Shown: positions 1-9,867 of the stretch, one piece after another
How the letters are laid out: each line of letters begins with the position of its first letter
Numbering within the stretch: position 1 is the first letter of the stretch
Assembly: GCA_964644355.1 (NCBI GenBank)
Contig: CAZXUW010000004.1
Location: forward strand, 17,838-81,837
Reading direction: 5' to 3'
Origin: an uncultured Bacteroides sp.
GTDB lineage: Bacteria > Bacillota > Clostridia > Christensenellales > CAG-917
Length of the DNA stretch: 64,000 nucleotides
The notes under the pieces: generated by a model
Database searches by the model: none
The model's input: only the letters and a program-made list of their open reading frames with translations
Told to the model about the DNA's origin: nothing
Made by a program: the position numbers and the translations under genes

Positions 1-36
1 ACAAATTCTATCCTGGTAGAAAAAGGAGATAAAACC

Positions 37-246
37 ATGACCAAAACAATAAACATCCAAGGCATGATGTGCATGCACTGTGTATCTCACGTCCAAAAGG
101 CATTGAGTGTCATCGACGGTGTAACCTCAGTTGACGTTTCCCTTGAAAACGGCACCGCCACCCTCACTCTCTCTCACGACGTGAACAACACCACCCTCAC
201 CTCCGCCGTCACCTCCGCCGGTTATGAAGTAACCTCAATCAACTAA
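37..246 (+). CDS. copZ: Heavy-metal-associated (HMA) domain copper chaperone, CopZ-like
   Basis: 69 aa; GMMCMHC metal-binding motif and C-terminal AGY; SD AAGGAG upstream. Confidence 0.85.
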   Translation: MTKTINIQGMMCMHCVSHVQKALSVIDGVTSVDVSLENGTATLTLSHDVNNTTLTSAVTSAGYEVTSIN

Positions 247-281
247 TCCCCTCCCCAATTTACAAATCAACAATCTCACAC

Positions 282-308
282 AAAACAGCACGTCCCCGTG
301 CTGTTTTT
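282..308 (+). terminator. Rho-independent terminator
   Basis: AAAACAGCAC-gtccc-GTGCTGTTTT hairpin with T tract after copZ. Confidence 0.75.
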
Positions 309-377
309 ACATTGTTTTAACAATAGTCATCAAAGGCAAAACCACCTGTCCATTCTTTCTTCCTTGCGCAAAAAAAA

Positions 378-470
378 GGCTCCATCAAACGAGGGAGCTG
401 TCTGCCCTAGCAGACTGAGGGAGAGATTCCCATTCTTCCATATGTCATCCTGAGCGTAGTCGAAGGATCC
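378..470. repeat. Composite REP-like palindromic repeat, copy 1
   Basis: ggctcc..aacgagggagctgtctgc..gcagactgagggagag followed by tatgtcatcctgagcgtagtcgaaggatcc; related copy at 49685-49822. Confidence 0.55.
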
Positions 471-593
471 GGCCGTAGGCGCAAAATTGGACAAGGCTCC
501 GCCTTCCACAATTATTCATTATTCATTCCGTTAGGCAATACGTTCAACTCTTTGAGTATCAAAAAAAACAGCAAATGCTCGCTGTTTTTTCTC

Positions 594-1382
594 TTACACT
601 TTCAATCGTTTTGCCGTTCTCGCATCGAGGTCATAGATGAAGTTTTTGTCCTCGTCACCGTGGAAATCACTGCCTCCGGTTGGCAGTAGGCGGTGCTTGT
701 TCATAAGCAATTCAAAACTCTTTCTGTCCTGCTCGGTGTGGGATGGGTAGTTGAGTTCCATGCCGTCTAGTCCAAACTGTTTTAGACCGCCCAGAAGGAT
801 GTCGAGGCGTTTGTCGAGCAAATACTTTTTTGGATGAGCAACGGATGCAAATCCGCCAAACTCTTTTATAAGCTTGACAGCCTCGATTGGAGTGAGCCTT
901 TTTGCCTCGCAATATGCCTTTGCTCCAACCTTGAGATATCTTTCAAAAGCATCGTTTATGTCACGGCAATAGCCTGCCTCGACCATCTTGCGTGCCATAT
1001 TCATACGTCCTACACCCTCTGCTGAAAAATCGATGTCAATGTCAATTCCAAGTGCTTTGAGCTTTTGTCCAATGCGGATATTTCTGTCTATACGCATATT
1101 CTGCACATTTTGCAGTTTTTGCACAAAATCGGGGTTTTTGTAGTCGATATTGTATCCTAAAATATGGATTTCGCAAATTGAGAAGGTGCTGAACTCAATT
1201 CCACCGACAAATTTTATACCTGCTTTTTTGGCACACTCATAGCCCTCGTCAAGCCCTGAAACTCTGTCGTGATCGGTGATTGCCATCACGTCCAAGCCTT
1301 TGCTTTTTGCCCAATTTACAACCTCGGTGGGTGTCATGGAACCATCGCTGTTTGTTGTGTGAATATGCAAATCCGCCTTCAT
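594..1382 (-). CDS. PHP-domain phosphoesterase (YciV/TrpH-like)
   Basis: DLHIHT..SDG, ITDHD, GIEFS, AHP and GGSDFHG motifs. Confidence 0.9.
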   Translation of the reverse strand: MKADLHIHTTNSDGSMTPTEVVNWAKSKGLDVMAITDHDRVSGLDEGYECAKKAGIKFVGGIEFSTFSICEIHILGYNIDYKNPDFVQKLQNVQNMRIDRNIRIGQKLKALGIDIDIDFSAEGVGRMNMARKMVEAGYCRDINDAFERYLKVGAKAYCEAKRLTPIEAVKLIKEFGGFASVAHPKKYLLDKRLDILLGGLKQFGLDGMELNYPSHTEQDRKSFELLMNKHRLLPTGGSDFHGDEDKNFIYDLDARTAKRLKV

Positions 1383-1667
1383 TTTTTTGCCACTCCTTTT
1401 GATTTTTTTTACAACAAATCTCCTAAAATTTATTGCAAAAAACTATATATTTTTCATACAAATACGCACGTTTTTTGCGTTAAAACACCTTGTTTTTTTG
1501 CTTAAAAACGCTCACTTTTGGGCACCGAATCACTCATATTTTTGCGTGAAAATACCCTGTTTTTTTAGCGAAAAACACGTGATTCTTGCGTAAAAAAGTG
1601 TTGTTTTTTATATGTTTTTTTTGCGATTTTTTGATGTAAATCTCTATGTTTTCACCCCAAAAACCAC

Positions 1668-3041
1668 TCAATCTTCATAGCTGTCACTATCGTCAAAGGT
1701 CACTTCATCATCGCTTGCAGTGTCTATAAGCATCTGCATATCGGGACCTTTTTCATCGGTAAGGCTGTTGACTTTGTTGAGTTTTTTGCCGATAATTCTC
1801 GTTCTTGCTTCGGCACCTTCAAGGGATTTTTTGACTGCATCTATCTTGTCGGTCGTCTGCTTGAGATACTTTTCAAACTTGGCAAAATCACTCATAAAGC
1901 TTTGCAAGAGTTTGCCGATTTCCGCACTTCTCTTTTCAACTGCAACGCTTCTAAATCCCATCTGCAAGCTGTTGAGCAAAGCACAAATTGTGGTTGGCCC
2001 GCAAATGACGATTCTATACTTGTTTTGAATCTCCTCAACAAGTCCTTCCCTCTTGATAATCTCTGCATAAAGCCCTTCGGTTGGCAAATACATGATTGCA
2101 AAATCTGTGGTTTTTGGCGGATTGACATACTTGTCTCTTATGCTCATTGCCTCGCCCTTAACTCTGTTGGCAAGAGCCTTGCTTGCACTCTCGATGCCGT
2201 CCGCATCTCCTCTTTCCGACGCTTCGACAAGGCGCGCATAGTCCTCGATCGGGAATTTTGCATCGATAGGCAAAAGCACCTCGTCATCCCCTTTGCCGGG
2301 CATGACTATGCAAAAATCCACCATATCCTCACTGCCACGCTTGATACGCACTTGCTTTTGATATTGTTCGGGAACAAGAATTTGAGATAACAAATTTTCA
2401 AGTGCGACCTCACCCCAAGTGCCTCTTGTCTTGACGTTTTTGAATATCTTGTTGAGGTCATTGACGCCTGTCTGCAAGTTTTGAAGTTCGCCGAACGTGC
2501 GGTTGATTTCCTCAAGTCTATCATTGACGATTTTGAAGGATTGATTGAATCTTGACTCAAGTGTAGCGCTCAACTTTTCATCCACCGTTTCACGCATTTT
2601 TTCAAGCTGTTTTGCGTTGTCGTCCTTCATTTCCTTTATGCTCAAGGCGTTTGCCGACTGCAATTTGACAAGGTTTTGCTCGTTTGCAATACGCAAATCG
2701 GCAATGCTCTTTGCCGTTGCGGACTTGACCTCTTCAAGCCTCTTTTGTGTATCGAAGCCAAATCTATCTAATCTCTCACCAAGTGACTTGACACTCTCGC
2801 TTTGAGCATTGATTGCACCTGTGAGCATAGAATTGTTTATTTTGATTGCCGTGTCTATATCTCTTTTGAGGCTCTCGCTTTCTGCGTGAATATCCTTTGC
2901 GTTATCTATAGAATTTTCACTTGTTCCACGCTTTTTCAAAATGACAACACACAGCACTATTGCCAAAACGACAAGCACTGTGTTGATGATTGAAAGCACC
3001 AATTCACCCGTAACTACGCTCAATATATTTGGGATAGACAT
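1668..3041 (-). CDS. rmuC: DNA recombination protein RmuC
   Basis: N-terminal TM, coiled coil, KTRGTWGEVAL, IDAKFP, PPKTTDFAIMYLPTEGLYAE; start moved to ATG 3041 (SD GAGGTG). Confidence 0.9.
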   Translation of the reverse strand: MSIPNILSVVTGELVLSIINTVLVVLAIVLCVVILKKRGTSENSIDNAKDIHAESESLKRDIDTAIKINNSMLTGAINAQSESVKSLGERLDRFGFDTQKRLEEVKSATAKSIADLRIANEQNLVKLQSANALSIKEMKDDNAKQLEKMRETVDEKLSATLESRFNQSFKIVNDRLEEINRTFGELQNLQTGVNDLNKIFKNVKTRGTWGEVALENLLSQILVPEQYQKQVRIKRGSEDMVDFCIVMPGKGDDEVLLPIDAKFPIEDYARLVEASERGDADGIESASKALANRVKGEAMSIRDKYVNPPKTTDFAIMYLPTEGLYAEIIKREGLVEEIQNKYRIVICGPTTICALLNSLQMGFRSVAVEKRSAEIGKLLQSFMSDFAKFEKYLKQTTDKIDAVKKSLEGAEARTRIIGKKLNKVNSLTDEKGPDMQMLIDTASDDEVTFDDSDSYED

Positions 3042-3075
3042 ACTACACCTCATTTGTGGCTATTATATTTTTATA

Positions 3076-4422
3076 TTACAACTTCTTTTGAATATACGCA
3101 AGAGCCTTTTGGCGTGTGTTGAGTGACATATTCATCACCGTATCAAGCCAAAGCTCGTGCAAAATGATGCCCCTTTGCTTTTCATCGACACCCATTTGAA
3201 CAAGGTCGTTGCCGGAAACTTTAAGCTCTTTGATTGAAAACGGCACGCCTTCGTCACGCATTTTTGCAAGCAAATTTGAAATCCTGTTGTGTGTAATAGG
3301 TTGCTCGCTTGTGGCTCTTGCATCCGCAAACATGACAAGGCAAACGTCGTCTATAACGTCAATATTTTCAACTATCAGACGTCGGAGCTTATTTTCAGAC
3401 GTATTGCCGTTCAAATCCGTCATATGCAGAGCAATAATTTTGCAAAGTCTATACGTCTGCTCGTTTGAAAGTTTGTAGCGGTGTGCAATATCTCTTGCCA
3501 TATCCGCACCGACACGCTCGTGGCCGTGCATATTGCCATACTCTTTTACGCACCAAGCCTTGCCGATATCGTGAAGCAAAGCACAAAATCTCAAATGAGG
3601 TGGGGCATATTCATAAGCCTTGATTGAGTGATTGTAGGCATCGTAAAGGTGATATTTTTTGTTTTGCTCAAGCCCCTTGAGAGCGGAAAGCTCGGGAAGG
3701 ACAATCTCCATAAGTCCGAGAGAATCAAGGCATCTTATCCCGTCCACGTGTGCGGAAAAAAGATTGAGAGTGGGATGTTTTGTGTCCGCTTTGAAAATCT
3801 TGAAAAGCTCCTCTCTTATACGCTCAACGGCAATATCCTTAACACGCCAAGCGTTTTGTTTTGCAACGAAAAACGTTTGCTCATCTATGCTAAAGCCAAG
3901 CTCTGCACAAAAGCGAACCAACCTCAAAATTCTAAGTCCGTCCGCCTCAAACACAATGTGAGGATCGTCGCAAGTGGAAAGCACCTTGTTGCGGATGTCG
4001 TCGATACCGCCTAGAAGGTCAACGTATTCATCCTGCAAAATGTCCTTGTAAACGGCGTTGCATTTGAAATCTCTACGCCTAGCATCAAGCAAAATATCTT
4101 TTGTAAATTTGACGTCTTCGGGTGTGTGCTCACCGCTTTGCGTGTTGTAGCTATCCGTGCGAAACGTGGTGTATTCGCACACAAAATCACCACATGAGAT
4201 ATGCACTGTGCCCATACGCAAATTTTTGTCCGAAACGACAAAATCGGTGTTTAACAGTGCACTTTTGACATCATCAACCTCGAGTTGTGAGCATACGTCG
4301 ATATCCGAACACTCTATGCCCATCAACTCGTCACGCACGCAACCACCCACCATATAAAGCGTTGCATACGGTGATAATGCCTCGGCAAGTTCTCTCAATT
4401 TTTGGCGATTTTCATCAGCCAC
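3076..4422 (-). CDS. cca: CCA tRNA nucleotidyltransferase with HD domain
   Basis: VGGCVRD..DID, DARRRDF, DGLRILR, ERIREE, LLHDIGK motifs. Confidence 0.85.
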   Translation of the reverse strand: MADENRQKLRELAEALSPYATLYMVGGCVRDELMGIECSDIDVCSQLEVDDVKSALLNTDFVVSDKNLRMGTVHISCGDFVCEYTTFRTDSYNTQSGEHTPEDVKFTKDILLDARRRDFKCNAVYKDILQDEYVDLLGGIDDIRNKVLSTCDDPHIVFEADGLRILRLVRFCAELGFSIDEQTFFVAKQNAWRVKDIAVERIREELFKIFKADTKHPTLNLFSAHVDGIRCLDSLGLMEIVLPELSALKGLEQNKKYHLYDAYNHSIKAYEYAPPHLRFCALLHDIGKAWCVKEYGNMHGHERVGADMARDIAHRYKLSNEQTYRLCKIIALHMTDLNGNTSENKLRRLIVENIDVIDDVCLVMFADARATSEQPITHNRISNLLAKMRDEGVPFSIKELKVSGNDLVQMGVDEKQRGIILHELWLDTVMNMSLNTRQKALAYIQKKL

Positions 4423-4960
4423 CGTATACCTCCGGAGCTAGCACGCAAACGTCCTTGAGATTTCTCATTTTCTGATCAAAGCCGTCAAGCCCGTATCCGA
4501 CGACAAATTCATTGGGAATTTCAAAGCCTATATAATCTCCCTTGAACTCAACCTTGCGTCTTGAGGGCTTGTCCAAAAGTGCACAAACTTTGAGAGATTT
4601 TGGAGAGCGAGCACAAAGGAGCTTTTTGAGATAAGTGAGAGTGATGCCGGTGTCGATGATGTCCTCGACGATTATAACGTGTTTGTCCTTTATGGGTTCG
4701 GACAAATCCTTGATCATCTTCACCTCTCCGCTTGAGCTTGTGCCTGCACCATAGCTTGAAACGGAAATGAAGTCCATAACCACGTCACCCTCTATTTCTC
4801 TTGCCAAGTCCGCAAAGAATATACTTGCACCTCTGAGCGTGCAAACAAGCGTGACGCACTCACCCTTGTAATCTTGAGTTATTTGTGCTCCGAGCTCTTT
4901 GACTCGCTGTGCGATTTGCTCTCTTGAAACAAGCACTTTTGCAATCTCTTTTTCGTACAT
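4415..4960 (-). CDS. hpt: Hypoxanthine phosphoribosyltransferase
   Basis: IVEDIIDTGITL PRPP motif, LLDKP, FVVGYGLD; follows tilS. Confidence 0.95.
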   Translation of the reverse strand: MYEKEIAKVLVSREQIAQRVKELGAQITQDYKGECVTLVCTLRGASIFFADLAREIEGDVVMDFISVSSYGAGTSSSGEVKMIKDLSEPIKDKHVIIVEDIIDTGITLTYLKKLLCARSPKSLKVCALLDKPSRRKVEFKGDYIGFEIPNEFVVGYGLDGFDQKMRNLKDVCVLAPEVYGG

Positions 4961-5014
4961 GTTGACCTCTTTTTTAGGTTATAATATTGTGTATGGTGTA
5001 TTTTGGGGACACCG

Positions 5015-6331
5015 TTATTTTGCTATGATTTTCAGTATGCACTTGCTGTCTTGCGACACCATAACGCTTGATGATATTTCTACGCCTACGATGACAAGCA
5101 CCTCGCTGTTGTTTGCAATCATCCATAGCTCATCTCTCTTACGCAAGGGCAATTTTTTGTCCGTCAAAAAATCTCCAACACTCTTTGTGCCACCGCCGAA
5201 TTTTTGTATGACGTCACCGTTTTGTCTATGGCGTATGACAACGCTCTCTTGCTTGAGCCGTTGTCCGTCAACAAACAATACTCCCTTTGCTCCCTTGCTT
5301 GCAACAAACTCGTCATAACTGCTTTGAACAATCTCAAAATCGCCGAAATCACCAAGTGTAAAGGGATGGCAAACGTCATCACGTGAGAGTACTCTATCGT
5401 GAGTAAACACAAGAAAATCTCCCTGCTTATGTACGCAAATGCCGTGTGTAAGGTCAATTTTTTTGCCGTTTTGAGAGGTGGCAAGCTCAAAAATGAGCGG
5501 ATAATGTCTGCTTTCTATATCCTGTGTAACACCCAAAGCTTCGATTGCCTTTTTAATAAGCCTTTTGCCCTTGAAAGTGTTGGATATGTCCTCAATAGCA
5601 ATCCTTGCTTCATCGCCGTCAACAATTGGATTTGGAATATATTTGGCAACAAATTCCTCCTCCTCTTGAGCGTTCTGTGCAAGTCTTGCTATACTGCTTG
5701 CGACTTTTGGAAATCTTTGCTTGATGCCCAAAAGCTCCTTTCTTATAAAATTACGGGTAAAATCCGTCTCAAAATTGCTCTCGTCATCGACGTATTCAAG
5801 AGAGTTTTGCTTGATATACTCGTCAATTTCATCCCTTGTGCAATCCAAAAGCGGACGAATGTAAATATCTCTCACCGCACGCATACCGACAATGCCGGCA
5901 ACGCCCGTACCCCTCAAGATACGCATAAGCACGGTTTCCGCTTGGTCGTCTTGGTGGTGTGCAAGTGCAATGCAATCGCAAATGCCACTCTCAACCGCCT
6001 TTGCAAAAATGTCGTATCGACACTCTCTTGCACCTTGCTCGATTGTCAAACCGTGCTCTACGCAAAAAGTGGGAACGTCAACGCTGAAAGAATGAAACTC
6101 AATATCGTATTTTTGGCAAAAATCCGCACAAAAACGGCTGTCGTCAATACTGCTCTGCCCTCTGATGCCGTGCTCTACATTGATTGCCACAACGTTATAT
6201 CCACCCATCTTTAGGGCGTGAGCAAGTGCGACGGAATCTCTACCGCCACTGAGGGCAACGCCGATTTTGCAATTTGCAAAACCGTAATTGTCAAAAAAAT
6301 TATTCAAATACATTTGAATATCCACTGCCAT
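5015..6331 (-). CDS. tilS: tRNA(Ile)-lysidine synthase
   Basis: ALSGGRDS PP-loop, AHHQDDQAET, IRPLL, DESN..RNFIR; start set at ATG 6331. Confidence 0.93.
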   Translation of the reverse strand: MAVDIQMYLNNFFDNYGFANCKIGVALSGGRDSVALAHALKMGGYNVVAINVEHGIRGQSSIDDSRFCADFCQKYDIEFHSFSVDVPTFCVEHGLTIEQGARECRYDIFAKAVESGICDCIALAHHQDDQAETVLMRILRGTGVAGIVGMRAVRDIYIRPLLDCTRDEIDEYIKQNSLEYVDDESNFETDFTRNFIRKELLGIKQRFPKVASSIARLAQNAQEEEEFVAKYIPNPIVDGDEARIAIEDISNTFKGKRLIKKAIEALGVTQDIESRHYPLIFELATSQNGKKIDLTHGICVHKQGDFLVFTHDRVLSRDDVCHPFTLGDFGDFEIVQSSYDEFVASKGAKGVLFVDGQRLKQESVVIRHRQNGDVIQKFGGGTKSVGDFLTDKKLPLRKRDELWMIANNSEVLVIVGVEISSSVMVSQDSKCILKIIAK

Positions 6332-6430
6332 ATGTGAATTATACAGCAATCGGCGTGAAAAAACAACTAATGATTTACGGTATGTGCAAAATATCCGCAA
6401 ACAGCCGATGTTGGATGTCTTTGCTATTGT

Positions 6431-8725
6431 TTATATCGTAAATAATCGCATTGCCAACACTGTGCAATCATCTCTGGCGCCGTTTTCCAACGCCTTTTTG
6501 AGAATCTCGTCGGCAAGTGTTTGCGGATTGGTGGTGTTGAGGCTGTCAATCATCTCTGCAACGCCGTTTGCCTCAAGCATATCGAATACGCCGTCACTCA
6601 TCATCAAAAGCATATCTCCGTCAAAAAGCTGATAGCGTGACGTGACTGCCCCCACGTCGTCAACAATACCCATGGGGGCTGAGTTGCACGATAGCATTTC
6701 TATATTCTCCTTGCGTATGATAAAACTGCTTGCAGAGGCAGATTTTATCACGTCAAGCCCTCCGCTCTGCACGTCCAAAACCGCAATGTCCAAAGCGGAA
6801 AAAACATCGTCAGCACTGATTTTGAGGAGTTTGTTGACAAGATTGAGCACAATTGTACTCTCTATGCCTGCCCTGTAAAAACTCTCTATCATTCTTATCG
6901 CATTTTGACTTGCCTCGCACGCACTCTGTCCGTGTCCCATGCCGTCGCATATGGCAAAAAGTCGTCTTGTGCGAGAAGGGCATAACACGCTTGTGCTGTC
7001 TCCGCATACATCCTCGTCATCGTATTTCTTTTGCGATATTCCGTATGCAACCTCAAAGGTGGGAGAGCACTCAAGCACCACCACTCGCAATTCGCCTCTG
7101 TCGGATACTCTTGCAATCTCCATTTTGCAACGGAGCACTCTGGATACGATTTTGCCGAGCATTGCCTTTTGCACATCGCATTGTCTGAGCAAAAGCGTTG
7201 CACTCAAGCTTGCATCCTCTCCGCAAATCACCACCTCGCTTGCGACAATGTTGTGCTTGAGCAATTCGCTTTTCAAAATTTCCACTTCATCTCCGCAAAA
7301 GCTCACTTGCTCCGCACTTGCCTCCGCCAAAGCATCAAGCACAAGTGCAACGCCGGCAAATTGCTCGCTCATCATGCTCTTGCAACTGTCAAACATCTTG
7401 GCATCGTTCATACGCTTTCTGTAAGCGTCCGCTCCGCTGTTTATGCAGTTTGCAAGCGAGTGCATGTTTGAACACCTGCTCGTTATAAAAGGTGGCATGT
7501 CCAATATGGTCACTTTGCCTCTATTGAGGGCGGACTCTGCCATTGGGATAAGCACCTCTTTTGTGTCTGAACCGAGTGCGGAAAAGCATATTTCTCTGTC
7601 ACTGCACTTTGTGCAAAAACTTTTTGCGACGTCGCTTGCAAGTCGCTGTGCGGAAAAATTTGACGACTCTCTTGCAATTTTGCCAAGATTCTTTGACATA
7701 TCGTAAAAAACGTCGCTTGCAGAGGACAATCTCATGCCCAACTGTCTGCCTCGTCTGTTGACAAGTGCCGTGTACGCTCTGCGATTGTCTCCTGCACTCA
7801 ATCCCTTGATTTTGGCTATGAGGGAGGATGGCATCACTAACACAAGCACTATCCCGACGCAACACATGCACAAGGACTGCCACCCCGCTCCCGAATATGC
7901 CGACAACAACCACTCTATGCCCTCGATGGCAATCATGCATAGTGCGGACGACCATTTGGTGAAGGGCGAAAAGGCAATGGCTCCCGTGGCAAGTGCCGTG
8001 AATGAGGCAAGATAGGTCAAGTCTTTGTGGTACAACGACGTGCCAAAACCAAGCAAAATCGCAACGAAAAACGTGGCGTGTGCCTTGAAACATATCGAGC
8101 TTAACAGCACCAAAAAACATAGCACGCTACTGATGATATAAAAGCCATATCCGCCAACGCCAGCAAGGGCATAGCCGAATACGCAAAGAGATATGCCTAG
8201 ACACATTTGTTCCTCAACGGTGGTCTTGTGAAGCACGCCTCTGACAAAGATCGCATACGAGCAAATGCCCATACAAAAGGTGAATATGAGCACAAAAAGC
8301 ACGCTCAAAGCAACTAGCAAATATTCACCGTCAAAAAGGCATAGGCATACCGCATACGGACAGCTAGATAGGAGCGCACATATCACAACGGCAAAAAGCG
8401 GTACGTTGCGTTTGAGTTTGAAAAAAATCATATATAGAAAAACAAGCAAAACTACAGGCGTCAAGGCATACAAAAGCATTTGCCAAGAGAAGCAAAACAC
8501 AACGCTTGCAACAATAAAACACGGTGCAAGTGCAAGGATGTTTTGCCTTGCGTATACCAACGCACAAAAGAGTGCAAGCGACATCGCAAAGCCAAAATCT
8601 TTTATGCTTGCAAGCAAAAAAATGAGTAGCCCTTCAAATATAAAAGCAACTGCCGTCTTTGCTCCCATGCGAAAATCAAAGCCCTCAAAGGAGCGTTTAA
8701 GTGTGTTTGGAGATGTGTTTTTCAT
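6431..8725 (-). CDS. spoIIE: SpoIIE-like membrane PP2C serine phosphatase
   Basis: Multi-TM N-terminus, central Cys motif (CTKC...C), C-terminal VCGD, CDGMGHG, SDG, DDCT; spoIIE-tilS-hpt order as in sporulating Bacillota. Confidence 0.85.
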   Translation of the reverse strand: MKNTSPNTLKRSFEGFDFRMGAKTAVAFIFEGLLIFLLASIKDFGFAMSLALFCALVYARQNILALAPCFIVASVVFCFSWQMLLYALTPVVLLVFLYMIFFKLKRNVPLFAVVICALLSSCPYAVCLCLFDGEYLLVALSVLFVLIFTFCMGICSYAIFVRGVLHKTTVEEQMCLGISLCVFGYALAGVGGYGFYIISSVLCFLVLLSSICFKAHATFFVAILLGFGTSLYHKDLTYLASFTALATGAIAFSPFTKWSSALCMIAIEGIEWLLSAYSGAGWQSLCMCCVGIVLVLVMPSSLIAKIKGLSAGDNRRAYTALVNRRGRQLGMRLSSASDVFYDMSKNLGKIARESSNFSAQRLASDVAKSFCTKCSDREICFSALGSDTKEVLIPMAESALNRGKVTILDMPPFITSRCSNMHSLANCINSGADAYRKRMNDAKMFDSCKSMMSEQFAGVALVLDALAEASAEQVSFCGDEVEILKSELLKHNIVASEVVICGEDASLSATLLLRQCDVQKAMLGKIVSRVLRCKMEIARVSDRGELRVVVLECSPTFEVAYGISQKKYDDEDVCGDSTSVLCPSRTRRLFAICDGMGHGQSACEASQNAIRMIESFYRAGIESTIVLNLVNKLLKISADDVFSALDIAVLDVQSGGLDVIKSASASSFIIRKENIEMLSCNSAPMGIVDDVGAVTSRYQLFDGDMLLMMSDGVFDMLEANGVAEMIDSLNTTNPQTLADEILKKALENGARDDCTVLAMRLFTI

Positions 8726-8916
8726 AGACACATTTTAGCTTGCCGACAGACGAGAAATATTTCCGTTTGACAGAAAAATGTGTTTTATATTGTCACCGTT
8801 TATCACATTGTGTCAAAATGAGAAATTGCAAAAATCAAGTGTTTATAGACACAAATTTGCAAAATAAACTGCCGTTTTGGTAATATAATGCAAAATTAGC
8901 CACCATCGCAAACAAC

Positions 8917-8945
8917 TTGACAAAAACATGTCTCCGTCCTATAAT
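8917..8945 (+). promoter_or_regulatory. Consensus sigma-A promoter of ECF S gene
   Basis: TTGACA (8917-8922), 17 bp, TATAAT (8940-8945). Confidence 0.8.
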
Positions 8946-8984
8946 TTGTGAGTATAAAACAACTATTTGTGAGGAGGAGCACTT

Positions 8985-9704
8985 GTGGCAAGACTTGAAA
9001 AAATCAAGAGAATAACTCTGCTTGCCCTCATGCTCGCACTCACCATTCTTTTCTGTTTTGTGCCGGTGCAGATTGGCACGATAACGCTTGCGCTTATGAT
9101 TTTGCCGACAATCATTCTTGCCCTCGTTTCCGATTTTAAGACGACTCTGTTTATGGGTACAATGATGGGGGTTGTCAACCTCATTGCTTGGTATACGTCA
9201 AAAGCAGGCTCCCCTGTTGCCCCCATCTTCCAAAATCCCGTTGTGTGTATCGTGCCCAGAATTATGGTTGGCGTGTGTGCATATTGGGTGAGGTCGGGGC
9301 TTGAAAAGCTTATTTTTACCAATAGAATTCAACGCAAATACAAGGACGAATACGTGCGAGAAACATGCAAAACGCAAGTGTTTTTGCCATCGTCAAATGA
9401 TGAAAATTGCGACGGCGTCGATGTTTTCAAACCTTGCAAAAGGGCAAAAAAACACACCGACATTGCTTTGAGCCAACTTGTTAACACTCTAGCATCTGCA
9501 ATGGGCGTTGTTGCCAACACGCTGTTTGTTGCGATATTCACAATCTTCTTTTTCAACAACACAAGCATTGCACAAAACACCGTTGTCACGGTTGAATACG
9601 TGCTTGCTTGGTTTGGCTTGAATTTTGCAATTGAAGTGGTTGCTTTTTCATTGATAGCACCGCCAATCGTGCTTGCACTAAAAACTGCAAAGCTTGCAAA
9701 ATAA
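8985..9704 (+). CDS. ECF transporter S component (PanT-like; substrate uncertain)
   Basis: Hydrophobic helices, FQNPVVCIVPRIMVG, GVVANTLFV, NFAIE; GTG start after GAGGAGG. Confidence 0.7.
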   Translation: MARLEKIKRITLLALMLALTILFCFVPVQIGTITLALMILPTIILALVSDFKTTLFMGTMMGVVNLIAWYTSKAGSPVAPIFQNPVVCIVPRIMVGVCAYWVRSGLEKLIFTNRIQRKYKDEYVRETCKTQVFLPSSNDENCDGVDVFKPCKRAKKHTDIALSQLVNTLASAMGVVANTLFVAIFTIFFFNNTSIAQNTVVTVEYVLAWFGLNFAIEVVAFSLIAPPIVLALKTAKLAK

Positions 9705-9775
9705 GGGACTATTGTTATCTATATAATACCCTCTCGTTTTCAATCTTTTTGTAATAATCTTTTTATAATGCAAAT

Positions 9776-9839
9776 TGTGAGATAATCACACATTTTGCCA
9801 TTTTTGACTATTTACAGCACTTTGCCGATATGGTATACT
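9776..9839 (+). promoter_or_regulatory. Promoter and candidate operator of FGGY kinase gene
   Basis: TGTGA-N5-TCACA palindrome (9776-9790); TTTACA-17-TATACT with extended TG. Confidence 0.55.
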
Positions 9840-9867
9840 GTATATATCTTATAAATAAGGTGGATTT

